Assembly: GCA_035286745.1 (NCBI GenBank)
Contig: DATECU010000322.1
Coordinates: forward strand, 1-63,009
Source: Vicinamibacteria bacterium
GTDB lineage: Bacteria > Acidobacteriota > Vicinamibacteria > Fen-336
Direction: 5' to 3'
DNA: 63,009 nucleotides
Shown here: piece after piece, positions 44,908 to 54,449 of the stretch
Position numbering within the stretch: the stretch's first letter is position 1
Layout: each line of letters begins with the position of its first letter
Translations under genes and position numbers: made by a program
The notes under the pieces: generated by a model
What the model was told of the DNA's origin: nothing
The model's input: the letters and a program-made list of their open reading frames with translations, nothing else
The model's database searches: none

Positions 44908-46071
44908 ATGCGCGTTCTCTTCCTCGCCCCTCAGCCGTTCTTCGAGGTTCGCGGCACGCCACTGGCTGTCCTGGCCATGGTGCGGGCGCTCAGCGAGCTG
45001 GGACATGCGGTCGACCTCCTCACCTACCCCCAGGGTGAGGACGTGGATGTCCCCGGCCTTCGCCATCGCCGCAGCCTGAAGCTACCGGTCGGTCGCGTGA
45101 AGGCCGGGCCGTCGCTGACCAAGCTGCTCCTGGACCTGCCGTTCATGCTTCAGGCCTACTGGCGCATGGCCACCGGCCGCTATGACGTCGTCCACGCGGT
45201 GGAAGAGGCGGCTCACGCGGCGGCGCCGCTGGCGCGGCTGCTGGGGCTGCCGCTCATCGTCGACGTCGACTCGTCGATTCCCGACCAGCTGCGCTACTCG
45301 GGGTTCGCCAGCCGAGGCCCGCTGCTGTGGGCCGCCGAGGTGCTTGAGCGCTATGCGCTGCGCCGAGCCGCCGCCGTGGTCACCGTGTGCACCAGCCTGA
45401 CGCAAGGGGTGAAGGCACGCGCGCCCGAGGCGTTGGTCTTCCAGATCGAGGACCCGCCGCTCGTGGATCCGAAACGGCCGCCACCAGACGAGGCGGTCGC
45501 GAAACTGCGGCAGAGCCTGGGTCTCGACGCGCGCCCCGTCATCCTCTACTCCGGGAACTTCGAGCCCTACCAGGGCGTTCCGCTCCTGGTCCAGGCAGCC
45601 GCCCAGGTTCCTGAGGCGCAGTTCCTGTTCATGGGCGGTGAAGCCTCGGAGATCGAGACCATGAGGGCTGGCGCCCGGGAGCTGGGAACCGGCGATCGGT
45701 GCTTCTTCTCGGGCAAGCGGTCGCCTAGCGAGCTACCGGTCTTCTTGGCGCTGGCGGCTCTGGTGGCTTCCCCGCGCTCCAAGGGCGAGAACACGCCGTT
45801 CAAGATCTACACCTACCTGGCCTCGGGCAAGCCCCTGATCGCCACCCGCATCCCCACCCACACCCAGCTCCTCGACGACAGCCTGGCCTTCCTGGTCGAG
45901 CCGACGGCCGGAGGCCTGGCCGGTGGCATTCGTCAGGCGCTAGCGAATCCGGCCGAGGCCGCCGCGCGTGCTTCGCGCAGCCTCGCGCTGATCGAACGGG
46001 CGTACAGTCCCGCCCGCCACCGCGACAAGGTCGAGCAAGCCTACGACACCATCGCCCGGCTGCTGCGATAG
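44908..46071 (+). CDS. GT-B glycosyltransferase, family 4
   Basis: 387 aa. N-terminal MRVLFLAPQPFFEVRGTPLA and a C-terminal Glycos_transf_1 region with the E-x7-E-like context (SKGENTPFKIYTYLASGKPLIAT). Confidence 0.85.
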   Translation: MRVLFLAPQPFFEVRGTPLAVLAMVRALSELGHAVDLLTYPQGEDVDVPGLRHRRSLKLPVGRVKAGPSLTKLLLDLPFMLQAYWRMATGRYDVVHAVEEAAHAAAPLARLLGLPLIVDVDSSIPDQLRYSGFASRGPLLWAAEVLERYALRRAAAVVTVCTSLTQGVKARAPEALVFQIEDPPLVDPKRPPPDEAVAKLRQSLGLDARPVILYSGNFEPYQGVPLLVQAAAQVPEAQFLFMGGEASEIETMRAGARELGTGDRCFFSGKRSPSELPVFLALAALVASPRSKGENTPFKIYTYLASGKPLIATRIPTHTQLLDDSLAFLVEPTAGGLAGGIRQALANPAEAAARASRSLALIERAYSPARHRDKVEQAYDTIARLLR

Positions 46072-46092
46072 GCGAACCCAGACGACGCAATT

Positions 46093-46455
46093 CACCACAA
46101 AGACACGAAGGACGCAAAGAACGGCGCACAAGAACAGGAACGGACCAGAGGGTTGAGGGCTGCGTGTGACACATAGGTCACGCCAACCGCCAACGGATTG
46201 GCGCCGGCGGAAGCTCCGACAGGACCTTCGCGGCCACGCAGCACCCGTGAGGAGGAGAGCACATTCCTGCTCCGGGTCAGCCACCGCTAGGCGCCTTCTC
46301 TTGCCGAGGCCTCCGCCGCGTGCCTCTCCGCTATCCTCTGTCGCCTTCGCAGCTTGCTGCCGTCGCTACCCCGCCGCGACTCGTTGCTCTCATCCTCCTG
46401 TGGTTGTCTCTTCGTTCTTTCCGTTCTTTGTGCTCTTTGTGCCTTTGTGGTGGCT
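46093..46455. repeat. large family A-variant inverted-repeat element (CACAAAG-type arms, about 250-bp core) between convergent genes
   Basis: The left arm is caccacaaagacacgaaggacgcaaagaacggcgcacaagaacaggaacgg (46093-46143). The right arm is cctgtggttgtctcttcgttctttccgttctttgtgctctttgtgcctttgtggtgg (46397-46453). The arms are imperfect reverse complements. Confidence 0.75.
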
Positions 46456-46467
46456 GTTCGTTGTTCG

Positions 46468-48510
46468 TCACCGTGCGCGCGCGGCCAGGAGGGTTCGCGA
46501 GTACCAGTCCTCGCGGGCGGGCAGGGGCCTAACGGTCAGGGCCTCGCGGCGCTGGTCCCAGCTCAGGTTGGGATCCAGCCACTCGTCCCAGGGCCTGCGT
46601 TCTGCGCGAGGCGTGGCGGGGTGCAGCAGGATTTCGCCTATGGCCCAGGGGTCGGTGGACGCCACCGGACTGATCCGGACGGCACCCACCACGCGACCGC
46701 CAAGGGGGATCGCCAGCACGTCGTGGTCAAGGACGTACTGCGGGTGTCCGTTCACCCAGCGCAGGTCCGCGCGCTCCTCACGCCGCCGCCGGCGCGCCAC
46801 CGCCTCGAAGGCGGCCCCGTCGGCACTCACCTCGATGTCCATGCTGCGCAGCAGGCGGGGGCCGTCGAGACCAGCCAGCAGCGTGACCGCATCTAGGGCG
46901 CGGGGCGGCGCGATGGTGACCGTCGACGGACGCAGTGGATCTGGCATCAGGCGCGTCTCCAGGCGCCCGTCACCGGCGAAGCCCGCTGACGCCAGAAGCT
47001 CGACCGTCGGTGCAAAGGGCGGAACGAAGTCGTGGTAGACAACGGCGGGGCCGGCCTGCGCTCTCTTCCAGTCGCCGCCCAGTGGGCCCAGCGCCTCCTC
47101 GAAGGACCGGGGCGGCGGCAGATCGCTGGGGATTCTTGGCGTGAGCACCCAGGCCACGTTCTTCGCGAAGCGAACCTGGTCCAGGTAGGGTAGCGGGTAG
47201 TGCAGGAAGCGCTCGTTCCACGGTTGGGACGCCAGCAGGGTCTCGCCGCTCTCGTAGGTCAGTCGGTAGGCGATCCCGTAGGAAGCGTAGGCGCGGCGGA
47301 TGCCGTGGGCGGCGAGCAGCTTGCGCACCGGCGCCAAGTCGGGGACGAGATAGGGAGGCGCCGAACGGTCGGCGATGCGCCAGGCGCTGAGCAGCCGGAA
47401 GCCACCGAGAAGATGCAGGCAAGCCAGAAGCAGCACCACCACCCAGGCGCGCCGGACGCCGACCCGGGCCACCGGCGCCCAGGCGGTGAGCGCGGCCCAG
47501 GGGAGGTAGAGGAGCGAGAGGAAGCGGAGCGAGGTGGGCGAAGAACGCAAAGGGAAGGGGAAGGCGGCCAGCGCCAGCGCGATCACGCCCAGGTACAACA
47601 GGGCGGTGGGCTTGCCACGCGCCGAACGCACGGCCTGGATCATGGAGACGCCGTAGATCAGGATCAGGCTGAAGGCGATCCACCCCGACAGGTAGATCAT
47701 GGACTCCGGGTCGTCGGCCAGGAGATGGACACGAGCACCCAGCAGTCCGCCGAGTGGCTCGTGGAGTCGCGGCAGCACCTCGGCCAGATGGCCGAGCATG
47801 GTCTCTTGGCCGCTGGACGCACGCAGGACCTGGGTGGCCTGGCCGGCCTCCCGCCAGATTCGGGTCCACCAGGGAGCGCTGGTCGCCACCAGGGTCAGAG
47901 CGGCGGGGAAGAGGCCCTGCGGGTGCTCCCGGCCACGCCAAACGAGATAGGCCGCCGCTGCCAAGACCACGCTGGTGGCCATCAGATGCGTCCACAGGGC
48001 GAGCCCCGCCAGGGCGCCCCAGACCGCGAGCCAGAGGAGGGGACGACCACCCACCGCCAGCAGCAGGCCCAGGCGCAGGGTCAACACCAGGAGCAGGCCC
48101 GCCAGCACCAGGCTCGTCGCATAGAACGGCGGCGGCAGCGACGACAGCAGCAAGAAGTAGGGCGGCGGGCACGCCATGAGCAAGGCGGCGGGCAGGGCGG
48201 CTCGCGAGTCGAGACCGCGGGCGAGGAAGTAGACGAGGGGGATGAGCGCCAGGCCCAGCAGGAAGTACGGTAGGCGTAGGGCTTCGGTGGTGGGCCCCAT
48301 GGCGGCCACGAAGGGGGCCGCCACCCAGGCATCGAGGGGCGAGCCATAGGGTTGGCCCCAGAGGGTGGTGCCCCGGCCCAGGTGGCGAGCCATCAGACCG
48401 ACGATGGCGGTGTCGCCGTCCGGCGGTGTCTTCAGGGCCTCGATCCAGAAGGGAACGCGAACCAGGAGCCCGACCAAGAGGGCGAAGGGGAGATGGAGGC
48501 GCCGGCTCAT
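46468..48510 (-). CDS. GT-C fold membrane glycosyltransferase with C-terminal soluble (discoidin-like?) domain
   Basis: 680 aa, about 12 TM helices in the first 400 aa, then a soluble domain ending DPWAIGEILLHPA. 4-nt overlap with the upstream GT39 gene. Confidence 0.6.
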   Translation of the reverse strand: MSRRLHLPFALLVGLLVRVPFWIEALKTPPDGDTAIVGLMARHLGRGTTLWGQPYGSPLDAWVAAPFVAAMGPTTEALRLPYFLLGLALIPLVYFLARGLDSRAALPAALLMACPPPYFLLLSSLPPPFYATSLVLAGLLLVLTLRLGLLLAVGGRPLLWLAVWGALAGLALWTHLMATSVVLAAAAYLVWRGREHPQGLFPAALTLVATSAPWWTRIWREAGQATQVLRASSGQETMLGHLAEVLPRLHEPLGGLLGARVHLLADDPESMIYLSGWIAFSLILIYGVSMIQAVRSARGKPTALLYLGVIALALAAFPFPLRSSPTSLRFLSLLYLPWAALTAWAPVARVGVRRAWVVVLLLACLHLLGGFRLLSAWRIADRSAPPYLVPDLAPVRKLLAAHGIRRAYASYGIAYRLTYESGETLLASQPWNERFLHYPLPYLDQVRFAKNVAWVLTPRIPSDLPPPRSFEEALGPLGGDWKRAQAGPAVVYHDFVPPFAPTVELLASAGFAGDGRLETRLMPDPLRPSTVTIAPPRALDAVTLLAGLDGPRLLRSMDIEVSADGAAFEAVARRRRREERADLRWVNGHPQYVLDHDVLAIPLGGRVVGAVRISPVASTDPWAIGEILLHPATPRAERRPWDEWLDPNLSWDQRREALTVRPLPAREDWYSRTLLAARAR

Positions 48511-49886
48511 GGCGGCGGCGCCTCATCCGTGAGGGCCGGCGCGGGCCCGGCGAAACCGAACACCGGGTGGCGGAGGTGCATGCGGAGGCTGGGGGCGACC
48601 GAGAGGGCGAGGGCCGCCGCCACCAGGAGGGCGGCGAGCCGGCGCCGCCAGCCGGGAACCCGGAAGCTCTTGGAGCGAACGGCCACCCAGCCTACCGCTG
48701 CGAACAGGAAGATTGCCGGCATGACGGGCAGGCGATAGCGGTTGAAGCCGTGGGTGGCCACGTGGATGAGGTTGTAGTAGAGGAGAAAGCCCAGGAGCAA
48801 GACCTTGACCCGGTCGTAGGGGCCGATCGCCAGCCCGGCCACGAACAGGGCCAGGATCGTCAGGTACGGCGCCAGCATGACGCCGGCAATGGCGATGGCG
48901 ACCCACGGCCGCACCACCCCATAGGCGCCACGTTTGACGTGAATGACGGCCATGCTCTCGGCCTCCCAGAACCGGGGCATCTGTTCCCGGAGCTTCTCGA
49001 AGAACCAGGTGGGCTGCCGCTCGCGGACGACTCTCAGGCCTTCTCGGCGTGCGTAACGATACTGTTCGATCTTGCCCTCTACCGCGTAATAGATGTCGTA
49101 CACCTCCTGCCGGCTGAGGCGAGCGTTGCCCTGGAACAGGTTGAGCCCGCCGGCGGTGGAGACGGGGACGAAGGCGTGGAACACCACCCAGTTGCGGTAG
49201 GTCCAAGGGGCCACCGTGAGCAGGGCAGCCAGGGCGAAAGCCGCGGCCCGAGCCTGTCCCCCGGGGCGGGGAGCACGAAGCGCCAGCCAGAGAGCCGCGA
49301 AGGGGATGAAGTAGAGGCCGGTCTCCCGGGCCAGGATGGCAAGCCCCCAGAGGGCGCCGGCGACCGCTGCGATAGGCCAGCGGCCCTCCTCGTCCGCGGC
49401 CAACAGCCGCTCCATCGCCCACCACAGCAGCACCACGAAGAGGTTCTCCACCCAGAAGTGGGATGCGAACCAAACGAGCTCCGGGTACAGAGCGGCCATG
49501 GCTGCCGCCACCAGGCCGACTCGGGGGCCGAAGACACGGAAGCCGAGGCGCCCCAGGACCAGGACCAGGAGCGCCGTGACCACCACCTGGATCCACTTGA
49601 CGGCCTCGAAGGTGCCCGAGACCCGGAAGGGGACGGCCAGAAAGTAGGTGTAGAGCGGAGGATGGAAGATCAGCAGGTGGGTCTTGAAGGCGTCCAGGCC
49701 CACCCGGGCACTGGCCACCTGCCTGGCCCCGTCGGTCCAGGTCCGCTCGTCGGCCACCGGTCCGACGGCGGGTTCCAGCAGTAGGAAGGCCACCCGCAGC
49801 ACGAGCGCCGCCGCGGCAATGACCCAGAGGGCCTTTCTGGCCTCGTGGGCAGGCGTCACCATATGCTCGTCGGCGTGGTTGCTCAT
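48507..49886 (-). CDS. GT-C fold membrane glycosyltransferase (family 39 / PMT_2-like)
   Basis: About 459 aa from ATG 49886. The first-loop acidic motif (VADERTWTD) and HPPLYTYFLA are typical of PMT_2-type enzymes. Multi-TM throughout. Confidence 0.7.
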   Translation of the reverse strand: MSNHADEHMVTPAHEARKALWVIAAAALVLRVAFLLLEPAVGPVADERTWTDGARQVASARVGLDAFKTHLLIFHPPLYTYFLAVPFRVSGTFEAVKWIQVVVTALLVLVLGRLGFRVFGPRVGLVAAAMAALYPELVWFASHFWVENLFVVLLWWAMERLLAADEEGRWPIAAVAGALWGLAILARETGLYFIPFAALWLALRAPRPGGQARAAAFALAALLTVAPWTYRNWVVFHAFVPVSTAGGLNLFQGNARLSRQEVYDIYYAVEGKIEQYRYARREGLRVVRERQPTWFFEKLREQMPRFWEAESMAVIHVKRGAYGVVRPWVAIAIAGVMLAPYLTILALFVAGLAIGPYDRVKVLLLGFLLYYNLIHVATHGFNRYRLPVMPAIFLFAAVGWVAVRSKSFRVPGWRRRLAALLVAAALALSVAPSLRMHLRHPVFGFAGPAPALTDEAPPP

Positions 49887-50061
49887 GTTGTGAAGCGGCG
49901 TCGAAACAGACCGCGGCGACGTTAGCACGGCCTCCGGTGAGCTGGTAGTCCCGGGATGCCGCGGTTTGGTCGGGAGTCGCGGGGCGTGCTAGAAGTGTAG
50001 CTTTGGCGCGGCCCGGATGGCGCAACCCGGAGGCAGCTTGCCGCTTCAGCCCTCATCCAGA

Positions 50062-52269
50062 ATGGCCTTCGCGATGGCGGCGGCCTCCGCCTTGGCGGCT
50101 TGCACGCCCCCGCCCAAGCCCCTCGATCTGGTCGGGGCCCAATCCGCGCTGGTCGAGGCCAGCCTCGGCGTTCGCGACCGGGCCTGGGTGGTGACCCAGC
50201 TCGGCAAGCACGTTCGCATCAACGACGTTGCGATTGAAACCCTCCCTGCCTCGCCCCCCAGCCGTCTCCGCTTCGACCTCGACATCCCCAAGGGGGCCCA
50301 CCTCAACTTCGCCCGCGGCATCTGGCCCGAGCGCCACGACGAGCCGGGGGTGGAGTTTGTGGTGAAGGTGGTGAAGAACGGGCGTGAGAGGGTCGTGTTC
50401 TCGGACCTGCTCGACCCCCTGCGACGCCCCTCTCACCGCGGCTGGGTCTTCGAGGACGTGGATCTCTCGAAGCACGCCGGCAAGAGTGTGGGGCTGATCC
50501 TGGAGACGCGCGGCTTCGACAAGGCGGACGATCCCAAGCGCGCCTTCTGGGGCGCCCCCGTCTTGACCGTCGGCGAGGACCAGGCTCCGCTCGCCATCAT
50601 CTACCTGGTGGACACCCTGCGGGCCGACCACACCCAACCCTACGGCTATTTCCGCGACACCACCCCCAAGCTCCTGGAGTTCGCGAAGGACGCGGTGGTC
50701 TTCGAGCAGGCCATCTCCCATTCCTCCTGGACCAAGCCCTCGGTCGCTTCCATCTTGACCTCACTCTTGCCCGGCCGCCATCGCGCGGTCCAGCTCCGGG
50801 ATCCGCTGGACCCCGGCCTGGTCACCCTGGCCGAGATGCTGCAGGCCAAGGGTTATGCGACGGGTGCCGCTATCGCCAACTCCGTGATCTACTCTGCCGG
50901 CACCAACTTCGAGCAGGGCTTTTCTCACTTCGCCGGCTTGCATGGCGCGGAGAACCGCCCTTCCAAGCTGGTGGAGGCCCAGGTGGTGGTGGACGAGGCC
51001 CTGCGCTTCCTGGACAGCCGCCGCGGCTTCCCGCGCTTTCTCTACATCCACACCATGGATCCCCATGTGCCTTACGCTCCGCCGCCGCCTTTCGACCGGA
51101 AGTACGAGCCGCACCCGACGCCCGGCCATCCCGGCGTCGATCCCCGCACCGACTACCTGGAGCCGCTCGACCGGGACCGGCTGATGGCGCAGTACGACGG
51201 CGACATCGCCTACGGCGACCAGGAGTTCGGCCGCTTCCTGGCCGAGCTCAAGAAGCGTGGGCTCTACGACCCCGCCACCATCGCCTTTGTGGCCGACCAT
51301 GGCGAGGAGTTCCAGGAGCACGGCCAGTTCCTGCACGGCAAGACGGTGTTCGACGAGCTGATCCAGGTGCCGCTGCTGGTCAAGTTCCCGCGCCGGCAAG
51401 ACGCCGGGAAGCGGGTGAAGCAGCAAGTGCAGACCGGCGACATCCTGCCCACCCTGCTCGAAGCTCTGGGGCTCGAGGTGCCCCGGCCGCCGACCATCGT
51501 GGGGCACCCGTTGCAGGCCGTGGTGCGCGGAGGGGCGCCGGAGCCGCCGGTGGTCTCGGAGATCAGCCACCGCGGGTTCGTCGCCAACGGTATGCGCACG
51601 CGCAAGGACAAGTACGTTCAGCGCTTCAGCCCCAAGGAAGACGAGCTGTACTTCGATCTGCTCCAGGATCCGAAAGAGGTCGTTAGCCGCCTGGAGCAGA
51701 ACAAGGAACGGGTGCGCCTGTTGCGGGCCGGGGTGGAAGCGGTGATGGTGCCCAACCCTTTCCGCCACCATCTGAGGCTGGTGGGCCCGGGAGCCTACGA
51801 CCTGAAACTGCGCACCGGGGGCTGGCTGCTGGGAGCGGAGCCCATCGGGTTCGGGACCGGTGAGCGCCTGGACGTCGAGGGGAGCGGCCGCAAGCTGAGC
51901 CTGACGGTGAGGCCGCAGCCGGGCAGACCTCGGGAGCTGGTCTTCGGGGTGCGACCCCAGGGGGCGCCCGTCTACATCGAGGGCACCAAGGACGGGAGGC
52001 CGCTCTCCGCCAAGGACCTGTGGGTCGCCGAGGAGGGGGTGCAGCCCAAGCACGCCGCCTGGCCTTGGCGGCTGCCCGAAATCGAACCCCTGGGCGACGA
52101 CGACAAGGAAAGGCTCTCCACCAACATCTTCGCGGCACCCCGATCGGAGAGGCCAGGCATCCATATCTGGCTCACCATGACCCACGCCTACACGCCGCTC
52201 GACATCGGCAACAAGGAGCGCTGCGAGGAGCTGAAGGCCCTTGGCTACGTTCAGAGCTGTCCGGGTTAG
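50062..52269 (+). CDS. sulfatase-fold (alkaline-phosphatase superfamily) lipoprotein, non-FGly type
   Basis: ATG 50062 gives MAFAMAAASALAAC (lipobox). The catalytic core has IIYLVDTLRADH and SHSSWTKPSVASILTS, with T-x-P-x-V in place of C/S-x-P-x-R. Flanked by N- and C-terminal extra domains. Confidence 0.75.
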   Translation: MAFAMAAASALAACTPPPKPLDLVGAQSALVEASLGVRDRAWVVTQLGKHVRINDVAIETLPASPPSRLRFDLDIPKGAHLNFARGIWPERHDEPGVEFVVKVVKNGRERVVFSDLLDPLRRPSHRGWVFEDVDLSKHAGKSVGLILETRGFDKADDPKRAFWGAPVLTVGEDQAPLAIIYLVDTLRADHTQPYGYFRDTTPKLLEFAKDAVVFEQAISHSSWTKPSVASILTSLLPGRHRAVQLRDPLDPGLVTLAEMLQAKGYATGAAIANSVIYSAGTNFEQGFSHFAGLHGAENRPSKLVEAQVVVDEALRFLDSRRGFPRFLYIHTMDPHVPYAPPPPFDRKYEPHPTPGHPGVDPRTDYLEPLDRDRLMAQYDGDIAYGDQEFGRFLAELKKRGLYDPATIAFVADHGEEFQEHGQFLHGKTVFDELIQVPLLVKFPRRQDAGKRVKQQVQTGDILPTLLEALGLEVPRPPTIVGHPLQAVVRGGAPEPPVVSEISHRGFVANGMRTRKDKYVQRFSPKEDELYFDLLQDPKEVVSRLEQNKERVRLLRAGVEAVMVPNPFRHHLRLVGPGAYDLKLRTGGWLLGAEPIGFGTGERLDVEGSGRKLSLTVRPQPGRPRELVFGVRPQGAPVYIEGTKDGRPLSAKDLWVAEEGVQPKHAAWPWRLPEIEPLGDDDKERLSTNIFAAPRSERPGIHIWLTMTHAYTPLDIGNKERCEELKALGYVQSCPG

Positions 52270-52273
52270 GCGG

Positions 52274-52918
52274 ATGGGTTCGCGCCTGGTCGTCTTCGAC
52301 CTCGACGGCACCCTGATCGACGCCACCCGGGACCTGGCCACCGCCGTGAACCGGGCGCTCCAGAAGCTGGTCCCCGGCACCGCTGCCATTCCGGAGGCCG
52401 TGGTCAGGAGCTTCATCGGTGAAGGCGCGCAGCTCCTGGTCTCCCGCAGCCTGGGTTTCGCCGGGGTGGAGCTTCCCCTGCAACAGGTGCTGCCGGTCTT
52501 CCTCGAGTGCTATCGGGGCTGCCTGCTCGACACCACGGTCCTCTATCCCGGCATCGAGGATACGTTAGCCGCACTGGGCGACCGCACGCTGGCCGTGCTC
52601 ACCAACAAACCGGGGGACCTCAGTCGGACCATCCTGGAGGGCCTGGGCGTCGCCTCCCGCTTCGCCCGCATCTACGGTGGCGGCGACCTGCCCGCGCGCA
52701 AGCCCGATCCCGTCGGCTTGCTGCGCTTGCTGGAGGAGAACGGCTTGCCGGCCGCTGCTGCCGTGCTGGTCGGCGACTCCGCGGTGGATGTCAAGACGGG
52801 TCGCGCCGCTTCCGTGCGCACGGTAGGCGTGACCTACGGCCTTGACCCCGAGGGGCTGCTTCGCGAAGGCCCGGACCTGCTGATCGACGACATCCGAGAG
52901 CTCCCGGCGGTGCTGTAG
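52274..52918 (+). CDS. HAD-superfamily hydrolase (phosphoglycolate-phosphatase-like)
   Basis: Starts MGSRLVVFDLDGTLID (motif I). Also LTNKP (motif II) and VGDSAVDVKTG (motif IV). Confidence 0.8.
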   Translation: MGSRLVVFDLDGTLIDATRDLATAVNRALQKLVPGTAAIPEAVVRSFIGEGAQLLVSRSLGFAGVELPLQQVLPVFLECYRGCLLDTTVLYPGIEDTLAALGDRTLAVLTNKPGDLSRTILEGLGVASRFARIYGGGDLPARKPDPVGLLRLLEENGLPAAAAVLVGDSAVDVKTGRAASVRTVGVTYGLDPEGLLREGPDLLIDDIRELPAVL

Positions 52919-52948
52919 CGCGTGCTCCCGAGGCAGAAGGAAGAGGGC

Positions 52949-53659
52949 ATGGCGGCTGAGGGCCTCACCAAGTTCCCAAGAACGCCCCATCTGTTCTGGC
53001 TGGGTGAGGGAGCGCCACGGGGCGACAGGCTCCTGGCGCCGGCCGCGGCCCGGCGCCTGATGATCCAGCCGGTGGCAATCGAGGAGAAGATCGACGGCTC
53101 CAACCTGGGGTTGTCGGTGGGCGCCAACGGCCGCCTGCGCGCCCAGAGCCGCGGGCACTATCTGAAGGCCGGCACCGGCGGCCAGTACCAGCCGCTGTGG
53201 CGGTGGCTGGCGCTTGCCGACGAGCGTTTGCGGGCGGCCCTCGGGACCGGCCTCCTGGCCTTCGGCGAGTGGTGCCATGCGCGCCACACCATGGCCTACG
53301 ACGCGCTGCCGGACTGGTTCCTGCTCTTCGACGTCTACGAGCGGGCGGAGAAGCGGTTCTGGTCGCGGGAACGCCGCGATGCCTGGGCACAGAGCCTGGG
53401 CCTCGCCGTCCCTCCGCTGCTGGCCGCCGGCGTTCTCGATCGGAAGCGCCTCACCGCGTTGCTCGGCGCCTCCCGTCTGGGAAGCGGACCTGCCGAGGGG
53501 CTCTATCTCCGTTGGGACCAAGGCGGCTGGCTCAGGGCGCGGGCCAAGATCGTGCGACGCAACTGGGTTCCGGCAGGCGACGAACACTGGGCGGGGGTGC
53601 TTGAGACCAATGCCCTGCGACGCCCCCCCGCGACTCCGAAAGCCACGTTCGTAAGGTAG
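52949..53659 (+). CDS. ATP-dependent RNA-ligase-family nucleotidyltransferase (PF09414-like)
   Basis: Motif I EEKIDGSNLG, motif III LAFGEW, motif IV AEGLYLR and motif V RAKIVRRNW. GGAAGAGGG Shine-Dalgarno before ATG 52949. Confidence 0.7.
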   Translation: MAAEGLTKFPRTPHLFWLGEGAPRGDRLLAPAAARRLMIQPVAIEEKIDGSNLGLSVGANGRLRAQSRGHYLKAGTGGQYQPLWRWLALADERLRAALGTGLLAFGEWCHARHTMAYDALPDWFLLFDVYERAEKRFWSRERRDAWAQSLGLAVPPLLAAGVLDRKRLTALLGASRLGSGPAEGLYLRWDQGGWLRARAKIVRRNWVPAGDEHWAGVLETNALRRPPATPKATFVR

Positions 53660-53749
53660 GAACGACGCCAGGCTGCCCAGATGGGCACTACCCCGCTAGG
53701 CATCTATCGCGAACGTCGCCCCCGGCGACGACTGATCACGGCGGTCCTG

Positions 53750-54442
53750 CTATCGAGAACCAGAGTGATCGTGAATGCGAGCGAAGTGCTCGATGAAGAA
53801 CAGTCGCTCGGAAGCGAAGATCGGCGCGCCCGCCTCCCGCAAGAGGACCGGGCGCAAGAGCGTGGCCATCTGCAGAGAGACGAGAGCGAAGAGCGCTAGC
53901 CACAAGGGCAGCATGCCCCCAGACTCCGGGAGCGCCATTCGCAAGTAGCGCAGTGCGAAGGCGAGCGCAAGACCCCAGGCAAAGACGTGGATCCAGGTGA
54001 CAAAGGCCAGTTGGCGACTGGAGACCGAGAACAGCCAGGTGATGGGCAACAGGCCGACCAGGAGCAGCCCCAGGGTGGCCGCCAAACCCGACAGCGTGCC
54101 CAGCAGCTTGGCACCCGACCAGTTGACGCCGGCCACGGCGCCGAGGACGAAGAAGCTGGGCAGGCAGAGCGCCAACGCCCCGAACAGAATCAACGGCGCC
54201 TTGATGGCGGTTACGAGCATCTGCGTACCGCCCTGGAAACAGCCCGCCACCGCGCCGTACAGCACGGCGCCCGCCAGCGCACCGGCGAAAAGCCGCCGGG
54301 CCGATGGTCCATCTTGACACGCGTGCCGCAGGGACGCGGTCGGCTCGCCGAGCAGCTCGTTGAAGACAGCGACCAGCGATCGCCGCTCGCTGGTCTTCGC
54401 GGCGCCGGGTGAGAGGATGGGCGGGTTCGTTGGGTCGGTCAT
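53750..54442 (-). CDS. polytopic membrane protein, unknown family (tandem paralog A)
   Basis: 230 aa, about 5-6 TM helices. Shares the core G.AAYGAV.G...G......AIK.PL.L with the upstream paralog. Confidence 0.65.
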   Translation of the reverse strand: MTDPTNPPILSPGAAKTSERRSLVAVFNELLGEPTASLRHACQDGPSARRLFAGALAGAVLYGAVAGCFQGGTQMLVTAIKAPLILFGALALCLPSFFVLGAVAGVNWSGAKLLGTLSGLAATLGLLLVGLLPITWLFSVSSRQLAFVTWIHVFAWGLALAFALRYLRMALPESGGMLPLWLALFALVSLQMATLLRPVLLREAGAPIFASERLFFIEHFARIHDHSGSR

Positions 54443-54449
54443 TTGGCTT

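Noticed and set aside
50761-52416. 551-aa minus-strand ORF
   Set aside because: It is a shadow ORF antisense to the sulfatase-fold gene. The same reasoning applies to 55352-56887 (antisense to the M1 peptidase), 19840-21306, 21298-23187, 36852-38552, 38398-40149, 47200-48273, 48426-49784 and 48523-50025.
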